The position numbers were made by a program, and so were the translations under genes. Source: Octopus vulgaris (taxonomy: Eukaryota). From it: a stretch of DNA of 64,000 nt. Shown here piece by piece: positions 37,067 through 51,640 of the stretch (the stretch's first letter is position 1; every line of letters begins with the position of its first letter). The notes beneath the pieces were generated by a model, which did no database searches, was not told the DNA's origin, and saw only the letters and a program-made list of their open reading frames with translations. The stretch lies in contig OX597819.1 in the NCBI GenBank assembly GCA_951406725.2, forward strand, positions 14,632,001 to 14,696,000, given 5' to 3'.

Positions 37067-38465
37067 GCTCGTAGGGTAAACCATCCAATCCAGGCGACTT
37101 ATCCCTCGCGCAGCCCGCCATCGCATCCCGAACGTCAGCGGCTGTGATGGGACTTTCACAACACTCCGCTTCTCCTGCCGAGAGCCGCGGCAGGTCGGTC
37201 AGGTAGGCACTGAAATCCATCCCGCGTTCCGACCCACCACTCGCACCAAACAGTCGAGCAAAGTGCTGTTGAAAGGCCTCACACATCCTTTCGGGTTCGA
37301 GTAAACTGCATCCCTGTTGATCTATTAGAGACCGAATGGTTGATCTGTTGCCACGCTGCGCCTCCGCTACCCGGGCCTCTCGCGCAGCTTCAATCCCTTC
37401 GTTCCTTAAGGCACGCATTTTAGCTCTGACGACGCAACCTTCGTGCTTGGCGTTGAGGTGTTGGTCGAGGGCCATTCTCGCAGCTAGCACGTTGGTTGCG
37501 CTGCCAGTGGTTAGTGCCTCTTCTAGTTTCTTAACTAAGTCTCCCTCTACTCTATTTCGTTCTATCGCTAATTCCTTGCTAAACCTAATTGATTCCGATT
37601 TTATTGCCATTTTCAGGGCGTACCACCAGCGGTTGTTAACGACGGCTCCCGTCAGCGCCCTCTTAATTAACTCGCTAATCCGGTTCCTGTAAACCTGTCG
37701 CGCTAAGAGCGAAGTGTTCAGTTTCCAGTAACCGGGACCCTGCCTATGTGTTTTATCTAAGTCGAGCGTACACGTCACAAATTTGTGATGTGTGTAGCTG
37801 ACTATTTTAAATTGTGGACATCCTACACTATCCCTATCCGCTGTCCTGCATAGAATTCTATCTAGATAAGATCTCGACGATCCGACGCGGTTTGTCCAAG
37901 TCCACGTTGGCACGTTCGGATGGTCGAATCGGAACCTGTCAGACAAATGGAAACGTCTGAGTAGGTCTTTGAGGCACTTACACTCCCTTCTATTCCTATC
38001 CATTCCCACATAATCTAGATGCGTGTCCAAGGTAGCGTTCCAATCCCCTACTAACAGTAAAGGTCTAGACGTACCCAGGAAAACCTCTAGACGTCTGAAG
38101 AATTCCGCCCGACCCGTTAAGGATGGTGCATAAACTGCCATCGGACGGAATGCACACCCATTTCTGCCATCCACGTCCAAGACAACCAGCTTACCCTCTG
38201 GGTCTAGGAATATTGCTCTTACTTTTACATTTAGACTCTTTCGAAAAAGCACCGCGGTACCTCCACCACCCATGTTCGGCAGACAGGGAGAAAAATAAAT
38301 GTCAAATTGATTGCCAAACATGGACGCGAGGGCCCGCGGCTTGCTGAGTCTGGTTTCACTGATAGCTACTATATCCACGTTCAGTGACTTGATGTCGTTT
38401 AGAAGGTAACTTTGCTTCCAAGTCGACGTTAAGCCACGCGCATTCACACAACCTAATTTAAGCAT
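37067..38465 (-). pseudogene. LINE ORF2 N-terminal part: APE endonuclease and linker up to the start of RT
   Basis: VNARGL, ISETRL, VYAP, GDWNA, YLDRI, GPGYWKLN, KSPGLDGLPYE; the (S/T)DH motif reads THH; RT core missing. Confidence 0.9.
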
Positions 38466-38531
38466 AATTGACGTTTACGAAAATTGTGTTTCACACACTA
38501 CATTGGAAGAGACAAGAGGCAAGAGGGAAGG

Positions 38532-39990
38532 TCACTTACTCATTTCGAAAGTTTCATTTTTTTCTTCTTCTTTTGTAGTGTCTTTGATGAGGTGTTTGTA
38601 TAGTTTTTTGGAGAGGTATCGTTGAAACCCGCCTACCGCATTTGGAAATATTGTTTTCAGTGTATGGTGTTGTGTTTGTGTTATGTGAACAATTCTTATG
38701 TACTTCGGTGGTGTGGTGCGCGGATGATTGTTTGTCTTAAAGTCATCTTCACAGATGTCCGTGTTGGATGCAATGTAATCCATTAAATTTTTATTGTCTG
38801 TGTCTATTGCAGTTAGTTGTGTGTGTGGTTTTGCGGGTTCATTGATTTTTTTATTGTCTAGGGGGATGCTGTCTGGAGTTAAATATCTCCCTGCTTTACT
38901 TCCTTGTTTGGTGGGCTTTTTTTTTATCTTTTCCTTTTACCCCCTGTGGCTATTTGCCATTCCGTCGAACTTTCGTCGTCCGACGAATCAGAAGGGGGTA
39001 AAGGCAAAGCATTTGCGTTAATATGTATGCTTGTAGAAATTGTTGATGTTTTGTGCGGTGTTTGTGTTGTTGTGGTGTTAGGGGTAGAATTTGTCTTCTC
39101 ATCAATGTTTTCTGTCTTTTTAATTGTCATCCTCGGCGTTGGTGCTGGTCTACCTTTTGGTTCAGTATGATGAATTGGTTGCGACATCAACGGTGATTGT
39201 GTTGGTACTGTTTCTTTTCTTGGTGATGTTGTTGGGGTTTGTTTGCTGGTTTGTTGCTTTTCTTGGCATTGTTCCATAATTGAGTGTGTTGGTGTTGGCA
39301 ACAAGGGTTTTTTATTTGTTTTCTGATTTGTTCTTTTGTTTTTTCTGTGCAATTAAATACTCTGGGCTGCCACATTTGTAGCATCTAGGCTTTTTGCCTT
39401 CTGCCACAACATATAGGCTTTGCCCATTTTATAAGTGGATCCTATCAGGTAGGTTCTCGATAGAGGCCCCCTCAATCTGGATGGTCACTACTATTGTTTT
39501 TCCACCCCAATTGTCGTTTAGGTACACGGCGGTTTCTAAAATATTTATCTTTTTCAAATGGTAACAGATTGCCCCTGTTATCCATTTGTTAGGGATCTCG
39601 GGGGTACATTTTTAATAGTAATTCTACTCACTCTCTGGCCTTTGTAATAAGGTACCATGATGATATCATCATTTTCTAAAGACTCGGTAGAGTGAGCTTT
39701 TACCACTTCCTGGTTAGGGAAGCGGACCACTACTGTGTTAAACTGGGGATCCCAGTTTATATATTCTTTTTTTTTCATTATGCTTTTTAAACATTTTTCT
39801 ATATCCGTTTTTGTAATCTGTTCATTTTGTTTTTTGATTTTTCTTATAATTTTATATATAATTGTCTTATTTTCTATTTGTTCCTTTATGTGTTGAGGTG
39901 TATGCAGCACTAAATCTTGCCCTCGGGTTGTAAAGAGAGCTCTCGTTTCTATTAACTCTTCATTTGTAAATTTTACAATTTCTTTTTTCT
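38532..39990 (-). pseudogene. LINE ORF1, fragmented
   Basis: RVSRITIKNVPP and AEGKKPRCYKCGSPEY (degenerate knuckle), T/Q-rich linker; frameshifts. Confidence 0.7.
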
Positions 39991-40577
39991 AACGCAGAGT
40001 GTCAGCGAAATTTACTGGTGTTGTTGATTCTTTTATATTAACATCTTCACTATTAGATAGTTCATTTTTATTGTTGTTCTTGTTGTTGCTGTTTTCTTAA
40101 TAGTATTCGCGTGAGTTTCATTTTTATCATTTATGTTGGCCGTGGTGGTGGTGGTGGTGGAGGTGGTGGTGGTAGCAGTAGTAGTCTCGTTGTTGTTGTT
40201 GTTAGTGGTGGTAGTGGTGGTGGTGACAGGGCTGTTACCGCAAGTGGTTGCAGCGTTCACTACCACGTCATTCAGGTTTGCACTTTGCGTGCATAAGTTC
40301 TTTTTTCTCCTAGCGTTTCCAGACTATGCTGGTCCATAAAGGAACGCGACCAGCATTCTACAATAAAATTTCTCGACATCTTTTAATGTCGAGAAGAAAA
40401 TTACAAAAATTAAATAGGGTTGAAACTGCCCCTAGGGGCGAATTCCTCCCTTGGAAAAGCACTCAAACGAAAGTTGGGTGCCTTACACACCTTATTTACA
40501 AAAATGTACACAAAATATGGGCTATAAATAGTCAAAATAAACGATTACCTTCGGAGCCGAGATGACAGCACGTCCGT

Positions 40578-40960
<383 letters not shown>

Positions 40961-41839
40961 AGACAAGTGTGCTTATGTTTGTGTTTGTATGGTAACTGGT
41001 GTGGGATGGAAAAATCGGAGCGTCAAACAAAAGTATTTTGTGGCATTTCGTTTTTCCTTGCTTAAATTCTTTTGCAACGGTCGACATTGTTTTTACTCCT
41101 CAGCCGTCGATAACATAAACGCCAGACGAAGGACGGTGGTCGATAGAAACAGGAAACCCTTCAAAGTGGTTCTTCTGTTTGACCATACGATTCGTGAATG
41201 AAACCAGCGAACAATACAATAAAGAATGGGTGCGTACTTGCCTCAGTGCGTGTGTGTGTGTGTGGTTGTTTGCTCTTGAAAACCAGAGACTCAGGAAGAA
41301 TGTTGGGTGGGAGATAAAACTGTTTCCAAAACAATGAAGAAGCCACAATGCTTTTTTTTACTTAATTCCCCTTCTCACCCCCGTCTTTCATTTTCCTCCT
41401 TCCCATCTGCTATTATTTCTCCCTTTTTATTATCATTCACGCCCTTTGCAGCCACTTCACCCTTCTCTCCATGTAATTCCCCCACCTTATCTCTTTGCCT
41501 CTTTGTCTGTCTTCTTCCGTTGTCCATCACTAATTCATTGTTTCTCCAGCTTGGTTAGATCTTAATCTCTTAGTATCAACCTTAAAAGTATAACCAGTTA
41601 ATAATCTATTGATCTTTACAATAATATTTACAGGTTAATATTTTTCTGCAGTGTGATTGATTTTGTCTTCCTGTTTCGATTGTCCAAAGAATGTAATTAT
41701 AAACTCGGTTCCAATAAATCCCAGGTGGTGGGATGTAACAATCGGTGGCCATTTTTAGTTTAGGAACTCAGTGTCGCATACTTCGATGCTTTCTTGATAA
41801 GAAAGACACAGTTTGAACCTAGAGTTATGAATCATTAGT

Positions 41840-42227
41840 GGAGGCGCAATGGCCCAGTGGTTAGGGCAGCGGACTCGCGGTCATAGGATCGCGGTTTCGA
41901 TTCCCAGACCGGGCGTTGTGAGTGTTTATTGAGCGAAAACACCTAAAAGCTCGACGAGGCTCCGGCAGGGGATGGTGGTGATCCCTGCTGAACTCTTTCA
42001 CCACAACTTTCTCTCACTCTTACTTCCTGTTTCTGTTGTACCTGTATTTCAAGGGGCCGGCCTTGTCACGCTGAATATCCCCGAGAACTACATTAAGGGT
42101 ACACGTGTCTGTGGAGTGCTCAGCCACTTACACGTTAATTTCGCGAGCAGACTGTTCCGTTGATTCGGATCAACCGGAACCCTCATCGTCGTAACCGACG
42201 GAGTGCTTCCGAAAAAAATTAATCATT
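41840..42227 (+). mobile_element. SINE family C, full length
   Basis: tggcccagtgg A box, ggtttcgattcc B box; flanking aatcattagt duplicated (41830-41839 / 42228-42237). Confidence 0.85.
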
Positions 42228-42549
42228 AATCATTAGTCTCATTAGAAATTTTGGAGAAATGGGTAAAGTTAAAGTATTCAATAAATCCTGTTGACATGGA
42301 AATTTAGTTTTTATCTTTGGATCCCTTCCATTCCTATTCTACTCTACTGGACTCACATAGCCATTTCTTTTATATTTTCCTTATTAAATATTATTAGGAA
42401 TTGTATAAAAATCGTTAAAATAGTTCGTGCATCGTAGGATTATAACCAGTTTATTGCCTATCAATTTTAACAACAAAACCTTCTACGGACCCCTTAAGGG
42501 CCATATAGACACTGGTTTAGAATCAGTAGTCTAAAGTTTCTTATCTATT

Positions 42550-42922
42550 CTAGGCACAAGGTCAGGAATTTGTGGGGATTAGATCGACCCCAGTACACAA
42601 GTGGTACCTAATTTATCGACCCCGAAAGGATGAAAGACAAAGTCAACCTCAGCGGAATTTGATCTCAAAACCTAAAGACAGACGAAATACCTATTTCTTT
42701 ACTACCCACAAGGGGCTAAACACAGAGAGGAAAAACAAGGACAGACAAATGGATTAAGTCGATTATATCGACCCCAGTGCGTAACTGCTACCTATTAAAT
42801 CGACCCCGAAAGGATGAAAGGCAAAGTCGACCTCGGCGGAATTTGAACTCAGAACGTAGCGGCAGACGAAATACCGCAAAGTATTTCGCCCGGCGTGCTA
42901 ACGTTTCTGCCAGCTCGCTGCT
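42550..42922 (-). mobile_element. SINE family B dimer
   Basis: One head and two units, joined at aaagaaata|ggtatttcg. Confidence 0.85.
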
Positions 42923-43091
42923 TTAGTTTAAAGTTTCCAACAAAAGTATTTTCCCGGGTGAATAAACTAAAATAGTGGTGAATGGAAGTAAAAATGTGCC
43001 TTGATTCGCTTAATTACATTTCACACCTGAAGGAGATGTGCAGTTCTCTATGTGTGTGTGTGTATGTGCTTGTATGTGTGTGCGTGTGTAT

Positions 43092-44378
43092 GTAAGAGGT
43101 CTGATCAATAAGTATCTGGACTGTTGTTATAGTAACGAAGCTAAAGCATGCAGAGTGAAGCCGCTTGACACCGATTGACCTTAAAGTTTGCTGAGCATGC
43201 GCACTAAGGTTTAACGCTCCAGCTTACTTCCGCTGTTTACAGCTGTGCTTGGAAGTAATGTGTGTAGCGTGTGATCGTCGCATTGACCATGACAGAGAAA
43301 GATGTCATAGCGATACCTGCTCAGAGGCGCAGGAGTGGCTGTGTGGTAAGTAGCTTGCTAACCAACCACATGGTTCTGGGTTCAGTCCCACTGCGTGGTA
43401 ACTTGGGCAAGTGTCTTCTGCTATAGCCCCGGGCCGACCAATGCCTTGTGAGTGGATTTGGCAGACGGAAACTGAAAGAAGGCTGTCGTGTATATGTATA
43501 TATATGTATATGTATGTGTGTGTTTGTGTGTCTGTGTTTGTCCCCCTAGCATTGCTTGACAACCGATGCTGGTGTGTTTACGTCCCTGTCACTTAGCGGT
43601 TCGGCAAAAGAGACCGATAGAATAAGTACTGGGCTTACACAGAATAAGTCCTGGGGTCAATTTTGCTCGACTAAAAGGCGGTGCTCCAGCATGGCCGCAG
43701 TCAAATGACTGAAACAAGTAAAAGAGTAAAAGTGTAAAAGAGAGGCCTACGCAAAGTTGCAGAAAGTGTATGGAGATGAGTGCATGAGCCGCACGGAAAT
43801 CTACGAGTGGTTGAAACGTTTCCAAGATGGCCGAAAAAATGTCGATATTGACGAACGTTCTGAGAGACCCGCAACCAACAGAACTGTGAAAAACATCGCA
43901 GATGTGCGTGCAGCTGTGAGGGGAAATCGTCGAATCACCATCCGTGAATTATCAGAGGATGTGCAGATTAGTAACGGTTCAGTTCAGTCCATTGTCTACC
44001 AAGTTTGTACCAAAATTGCTTTCAGCTGACCAAAAGGACACTCGAGTTTCAGTTGTAGAAAATTTTGATTGTGTCGAGAACGATGAAAACTTTTTGAAAA
44101 CTTTGCGTAGGCCTCTGAGCAGGTATTGTCAAGCTTTTGACAAAAATTGATGCAGATTCTCCGCTCAACTTTCTTTGTCATGGTCTATGCGGCGATCACA
44201 CGCTACACACCTTCCTTCCAAGCACTGCTATAAACAGCAGAAGTGAGCTGGAATGTTAAAACTTAGTGCGCATGCACAGCAGAGTTTAAGGTCAATCTGT
44301 GCCAAGTTGTTTTACTTTGCGTGCTTTAGTTTCGTTACTATGACAACAGTCCGGGTACTTATTGAACAGACCAGGTAT
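43092..44378. mobile_element. Fold-back mariner derivative with long inverted arms
   Basis: 43092-43305 is the reverse complement of about 44168-44378; transposase N-terminus (VYGDECMSRTEIYEWLKRFQDG..RPAT..NRRITIRELSE) on +, and MTKKVERRICINFC on -. Confidence 0.85.
43325..43740 (+). mobile_element. SINE family A inserted in the mariner
   Basis: Splits tacctgctcagaggcctacgc, which is intact in the other arm; agaggc duplicated. Confidence 0.9.
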
Positions 44379-45957
44379 GCTAACACATGTCTATAATTGC
44401 TGCTGGTTATTTTGTGTCGTTATGATCGATGAACAGAAATCAATAAACAAAGAACTCATTCAAAAGAGGTTCTTGGATTGATAGGATTGACTAAAACTCT
44501 GATTGACTGTTGTTTAATGACTGAAAACGAACAGAGACTGAAGCGAATATACAACACATACAACATGCCTGAACAGGAATGTTATATACATTTATACACA
44601 AGTATAAACATACTTGAATATCTAAACACTGGTGTACACATACGCACAATTTTTTTCCTAATATTCTATTAAACAAACCGCCCAGTCATCTTTTCCTAAA
44701 GCACCCAGCCGCCTTTTCAGAGGAATAGCTTTCACTATTCCGTGAAAAGACCCATCAATCACTGCTAACTTTTCTCCAAACTTCCTTTATTTAGAATGAC
44801 TAATCTGCGATGAAAATCTTTTTCGTAATCTCTTTCAGTTAAGGTTTTCATGAATTTGATAAACGGTTTCGTTATCACACCACCTCAAAAGTTTTAATAT
44901 AAAAATCCGTCCCAAATTCGCAAAGATCGACAAAAACTGTTCTTTGTGCAGAGCCAACAATCGTTGACCTACTGTGTGTGTGGAACTGCTTTGGGAACTT
45001 GGCGCAGTTTGCTCGACCTGCTAGAAATAGCAGTTAAAATTCCCCCGTCTACATCTGCACCGTTTTAAACATGAAAAGAGGCATTGAATAATGTAGATTA
45101 GATACACAATATCTGCAAAAATGAAACAGGATGGTCATGGATGGAACAGCACCAGTAATTCTGCTCAATGAGGGTAGACCTGGAGTTAAACAACAACAAG
45201 AGCTTGCTGCAGAGTGTTGTTTTCTTTTACTGTTCCAGATGGCAGCAAAATCTCTCCTTAGAAAAGAACGTTAGATTGCAAGAAGATCTCTTCGCATAAA
45301 GTTCAGCCTAAACAAGGAAATAGAACAATAGTTAATCAGAAAACATAGGAAAATTATATAAATTACGAAATCATGAGCCTCGCTAGTGAGTGCGTTCATA
45401 GAGTGGAAATTAGTTATCCGTAAAAGTACCTGGCATAGAAATGTGAGTGTTGAGCTTACGATCCTTGATCCTTGGCTCAAATCTTGAGCTAAGGTGTCCC
45501 ATTTTACATTATCACGCAGGTTAGCGGCATTTCGCCCGTCTTTACGTTCTGAGTTCAAATTCCGCCGGGACTGGCATAAGTACCAGTTGAGCACTGGGGT
45601 ATCGATTTAATCAACCAGCCCGCCCCTCAAACCACTGGCCTCGTACCAAAATTTGAAGCCAATATTTCTTTGCTGTGATAGTTTCGCCAGGATTCAGTAA
45701 ATAGTTGTGGATGATTCCATTTGCAGGCCACCACATAGCAATTGGACGCTTATTTTTATGCAGCTTCGGTTTGTGACAGTGTCTTGGTGTTTCGTTTCAG
45801 TCCACTTACTTCATGGAACGGCGTTAGTTTTTGTAAAGAATCGATTTTTCTTCATGAATCCCAACGCGATCAAGAAATGGAACGCTTTTATTGTCAAAAG
45901 CCAAAAGTGCAGAAAACACTTAGCACGGTGTATTTTCTTCCGTTTGTGAAACGCCCA

Positions 45958-46169
45958 TTTACTCTTTTACCCTTTTACTTGTTTCAGTCATTTGACTGCG
46001 GCCATGCTGGAGCACCGCTTTTAGTCGAGCAAATCGCCCCAGGACTTATTCTTTGTAAGCCTAGTACTTATTCTATCGGTGTATTTTGCCGAACCGCTAA
46101 GTTACGGGGACGTAAACACACCAGCATCGGTTGTCAAGCGATGTTGGGGGGAGGACAACGAACGCACAA

Positions 46170-46206
<37 letters not shown>

Positions 46207-46370
46207 CGACAGGCTTCTTTCAGTTTCCGTCTACCAAATCCACTCACAAGGCTTTGGTTGGTCCGGGGCTATAGTAGAAGAGACTTGCCCAAGGTGCTAC
46301 GCAGTGGGACTGAACCCGGAGCCATGTGGTTGGTAAGCAAGCTACTTACCATACAGCCACTCCTACGCCT
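45958..46370 (-). mobile_element. SINE family A, full length
   Basis: Homology to the other copies. Confidence 0.9.
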
Positions 46371-46914
46371 GTATATTTGTCGAACTTTTTTGAATTCACA
46401 GTGAGGAGTAAATGTTAAAAGGTCAACGTTGAGTTCTTCTGCAATCTATTGGGTATTTCTAGTGGTTCCCCTTCAATAGCGACTTTCGATTAATTACTGT
46501 CAATCGCAGAAGTGTATCTGTGATTTCCTTCATATTCGTGGCTGCCATTTTTTTTTTTTATTCTTGCAGGAACAAAGAAAAAGAAAAAGAAATGATTCGA
46601 TTTTTTTTTGTATGACTAAAACTGGAAAGTAAAGCAGTAAAAACTGATCGCAATATCCACGAAGTTGGTGGGGTGCGGAGCATCAACGAATGTACAAATC
46701 AACATTGGGATCGCTTTTATCAAAACCTTGTTCAGTAAAAGCCAGTCCTGGTGTAAAAGACAAAAGCAACTTCTCTCACCGGTTTCTGAAGGGAAAATGA
46801 GATTTGTTTTACTTTTTCTATTGTAAACGATGAATACATTCAACGACGACTATATCGTGGCTTCTGCTCTTATATCAGTCACGTGTAATGATTATAGCAA
46901 CGTAATAGCAGTCA

Positions 46915-47506
46915 AGGCGGCGAGCTGGCAGAATCGTTGGCACGCCGGGCGAAATGCTTATCGGTATTTCGCCCGTAGCTACGTTCTGAGTTCAAATTCC
47001 GTCGAGGCCGACTCTGACTTTCATAATTTCGGGGTCGATAAATTAAGTACCAGTGACGCACTAGGGTCGATATAATCGACTTAATCCGTTTGTCTGTACT
47101 TGTTTGTCCCCTTTATGTTTAGCCCCTTGTGGGCAATAAAGAAATAGGTATTTCGTCTGTCGTTACGTTCTGAGTTCGAATTCCGCCAAGATCGACTTTG
47201 CTTTTCATCTTTTCGGGGTCGATAAATTAAGTACCAGTGACGCACTGAGGTCGATGTAATCGACTTAATCCGTTTGTGTGTACTTGTTTGTCCCCTTTAT
47301 GTTTAGCTCCTTGTGGGCAATAAAGAAATAGGTATTTCGTGTGTCGTTACGTTCTGAGTTCAAATTCCGCCAAGGTCGACTTTGCTTTTCATCCTTTCGG
47401 GGTCGATAAATTAAGTACCAGTGACGCATTGGGGTCGATGTAATCGACTTAATCCGTTTGTCTGTCCTTGTTTGTACCCCCCCCCCCCTGTGGGCAATAA
47501 AGAATT
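46915..47506 (+). mobile_element. SINE family B trimer array
   Basis: One head, units at about 46964, 47148 and 47332; aatagcagtca duplicated at the flanks. Confidence 0.9.
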
Positions 47507-49219
47507 AAATAGCAGTCAGAGAGTCAAGTCATAATATCAAACTATCGAGAACGCGATTACCGCCACAACACTGCCTAATTCGACTGAAGCAGAATTACAA
47601 CGGCATGAGTTGTAATAACTGAAGCATCGCATCTCCATAACTGATGCATCATAACTGTACATAACTGATACGTCATAGGTGATGCATCATAACTGATACA
47701 CCATGTCATCATAATTGTGCATCATAACTAATTCGTCATAAATGATATATCTTAAGTGTACATCATATACACGTATCAGTCTTTCACTTGAAATTTCATG
47801 AAAGTGTGTCGTTTTGTTATCGCCAAATTCCGTTCTTAAACACAGATTGAAACTCGGAACCTTAGGCATTGTCTCTAAGTATGACCGAGTCAACCCACAC
47901 CAATCAGATATACTCAGCCTTAAGTGTTTACACATTGCTCCTGCTTTTAGTTCACATTCAACGAATTTTGTTGAATGGCCAACGGCCAGGTACCAACAAA
48001 TATCTGAGTCGTGTTCTCTTTTCTCTTTTTGAATTTGAAAAAGAAGTCAGTATAACCGAAGCAATATAATTACTCAACGACAACTCCCTTGTATGTTTGG
48101 TAGCTGACCTCTGGGCAATGTTCAACCTTTTTAAATTTAGGTGGAGGACAAACTGACTCTATTCAATACTCGGATACATCTGGAGTATATACCACAGTTA
48201 GCTGAAAGCAATCAATTGTTAACGACAAGATTTCAAATACGAAATTCCATCGCCACAAAACCACGTTCATAGAATATTAGAATTAGACGGTGACCTAAAT
48301 TTTGTTCCAATCTTTTAGACTTTCATTTAATGCTTCAGTTGATTAACGAAGCTTTATATAAATGGTTCAGCTAGAAATTTATTATAGGAGGTTCAACAAG
48401 CGAAACTTCTGACATAAAAGACAGATAGTATCGAAGGTTAAACCATCTAAGATTATCCTGTGTGAGAATGAGATAAAATTACAGTTTTTGTGCATCAAGC
48501 TATCATCGGCAGAATGGAGATTTTTATCTAAACACTTACGCCAGATGGCACTCATCTGGAGGCACACAAGGACCGCCAGTTGGTGGTGGTGTCAAACCAG
48601 ACGACAATTTAAACCTACCAGTTAAGAACATATGCAAGACATCCGATGAGCTTCTGTCTGCCAAATATCAGTCACAAATATCCGGGTCGCTCCGCAGCAA
48701 CGGTGGAAGATATATTTGCATCTCAGTAGGATCAACGTATCCAACACATCATTAAGGCTTTGTGTACTTAATTATGAATGAACTAAATAATGAATGGACT
48801 GAATTCTCCTTCAGTATTTATTGATCTCCGGCAGAAGGAGAAGAATGTGGAGGTTGTCGGTTATGGTTTATTTTTTTCTTTTGTCCTTTCGCATTTCATT
48901 GAATGATCTCAGCGTGTGCATGCTTGACAAGAAAACTGTTCACACAATAAACCATTGACACGTCCAAACATGTTTCCTTATCTTTAAATGCATTTATCAT
49001 CTCTCACTCTCTCTCTCGCTCTCTCTCGCTCTCTCGCTCTCTCTCTCTCGCTCTCTCTCTCTCGCTCTTGCTCTCCCACTCTCTCAAACACACACACACA
49101 CACACACATATGTCTGCATATGTATACATATATATGTGCATACACAATATGTATATATTTGCATATTCATACGAGATGGATGTTGATGTGCATGTTTATC
49201 TCTGTGTGTTTATATGTGT

Positions 49220-49306
<87 letters not shown>

Positions 49307-49558
49307 TGTGTGTGTGCAAATGTATGTTAGTATGTATGTTATGTTGCTGAGTATTGAAATGCCTGTTATGTGACCCTCTATGTATCATTAATCATGTTTC
49401 GATCAGTTTAATATTTAATGGCGAGTTTGTTACACAACTCGAATGGTCCTTTGCAGGTTCCACGCTGTTTCAAAACAAATAAAATACGTTAAAACAGAAC
49501 TCCTCTGCACGCGATTTAAGCTTAACCATTCTTATTCGATATTTTGGAATTTGAAACC

Positions 49559-49764
49559 TATTTCTTTATTACCCACAAGGGGGCTAAACACAGAGGGGAC
49601 AAACAAGGACAGACATAGGTATTAAGTCGATTACATCGACCATCAGTGCGAAAGGATGAAAGGCAAAGTCGACCTCGGCGGAATTTGAACTCACAACGTA
49701 ACGCAGACGAAATACCGCTAAGCATTTCGCCCGGCGTGCTAACGTTTCTGCCAGCTCGCCGCCT
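49559..49764 (-). mobile_element. SINE family B monomer (internal deletion) with TSD
   Basis: attttggaatttgaaacc on both sides. Confidence 0.9.
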
Positions 49765-50287
49765 TTATTTTGGAATTTGAAACCACATGGCTTACAGTGT
49801 TTCAACTGCAGCGATTCTCTTTAAAAGAACAAGTATTTAGCCTCAGATATTTAGTCTCGGATACGGTGGACTTATTATTGAACCAAGGCTGCGGTGAACC
49901 TCGACCAGTTTCATTTTAACCTGCAAGAGCAGCCAGTCTGGTGGCTGGCAAACTGAAAGAAAATTTGTGCTTCCTGGATAAAGACAGGGATGTGGAAGTG
50001 TGTGTTTACTATTTAAGAACGGGGACGAGATGAAAGGACAAGGCCAGAGGATCTTGTGACAGCACATGAGCAGAAGAAGCATAGAGGTCGCAGACAGATT
50101 GACTTGTGGTCATCTTTATGCAACGGGACCGACAGGTTTTGAGCGCGAAAGTGACACGTGACACAATTTGTTGGGCACAGTCTACTCGTACATAACGATT
50201 TTGATAACATCTGAAGTTGGACCTCATAGTGATTTAGTGCTTGATTAACCCTTATAGTCAATAATCTCTCTCCCTCCCTCCCTCCCC

Positions 50288-50333
<46 letters not shown>

Positions 50334-50468
50334 GTATAAATATATATATAAAAATGCAAAATGGGAAAAGAACGCAAAACACTCAAATAGACGACACGAA
50401 AAACGGACGGGTCATTCGAAGCCTCTAATCTTCAGTCAAGAACCGGATCATCCTCGCAATTTCGGCTG

Positions 50469-50542
<74 letters not shown>

Positions 50543-50556
50543 TATATATATATACA

Positions 50557-50750
50557 TTCTTTCATTTGTTTCAGACATTCGACTGCGGCCATGCTGGAGC
50601 ACTGCATTTAGTCGAACAAATCGATCCCAGGATTTATTCTTTATAAGCCTATTACTTATTTTATCGGTCTCTTTTGCCGAACCGCTACGTTACGGGGACG
50701 TAAACACACCATCAGTTGTCAAGCGATGGTGTGGGGAACACAAACACACA

Positions 50751-50755
<5 letters not shown>
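50557..50755 (-). mobile_element. SINE family A, 3' half
   Basis: Homology to the full copies. Confidence 0.85.
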
Positions 50756-50818
<63 letters not shown>

Positions 50819-50834
50819 TATATGTATGTGTGTG

Positions 50835-50882
<48 letters not shown>

Positions 50883-51022
50883 GTATGTGTGTGTATATAT
50901 ATAATATATATACTGCCGAAACAGCTGTCAGTTTTGGGTAATTTTTTACTTATAATCTTTTTACATGTATACACACAAACGGATAGTTGATGTTTTATTG
51001 ATTTAAGTATGTTTCTCCATTC

Positions 51023-51082
<60 letters not shown>

Positions 51083-51594
51083 GTATATATACATACATAT
51101 ATATATCGAAGAACAGTCATCAGAATTTTACGGGCAGGGATACGATTGAGAGAAACGGTGACTATGTTGAGAAGTAAGGATGTGATCCACGGGAAGTTTC
51201 ATTTTGATGTATGATACGTGTTCTGTGTTGGTATATACTTCTAACACATACATACACACACGTAATATATACACAAATATATATACATACACACGCAAAC
51301 AAACACATACATACATTCATATATACATACATATACATACATATACATACATACAAACATATACACATAAATACATACATACTTAGATGCATACGTATAT
51401 ACCTAAATGTATACACGTATACATAATACATACATATATACATATATATTTATACACACGTACATACATGCATACATACATGCATGCATACATACATACA
51501 TACATACATACATACATGCATACACGCATATACTCATACGTACATACACACATACACATACATATATACATACATACATACATACATGCACACA

Positions 51595-51640
<46 letters not shown>

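Larger units (their letters stand above)
37067..40577 (-). mobile_element. L1/Tx1-type LINE retaining 5' UTR, ORF1 and endonuclease; 3'-truncated
   Basis: 5' end acggacgtgctg abuts (GATA/GGTA)n; broken ORF1, then ORF2. Confidence 0.8.

Noticed and set aside
37336-37692. Antisense ORF within LINE ORF2
   Set aside because: Shadow frame of a GC-richer coding sequence.
41104-41229. Possible exon (ttttactcctcag acceptor, ATGG|gtgcgt donor)
   Set aside because: All three frames contain stops; it could only be a UTR exon and cannot be supported without RNA data.
45742-46404. 220-aa ORF
   Set aside because: Two thirds of it is antisense SINE A; the same peptide recurs at other SINE copies.
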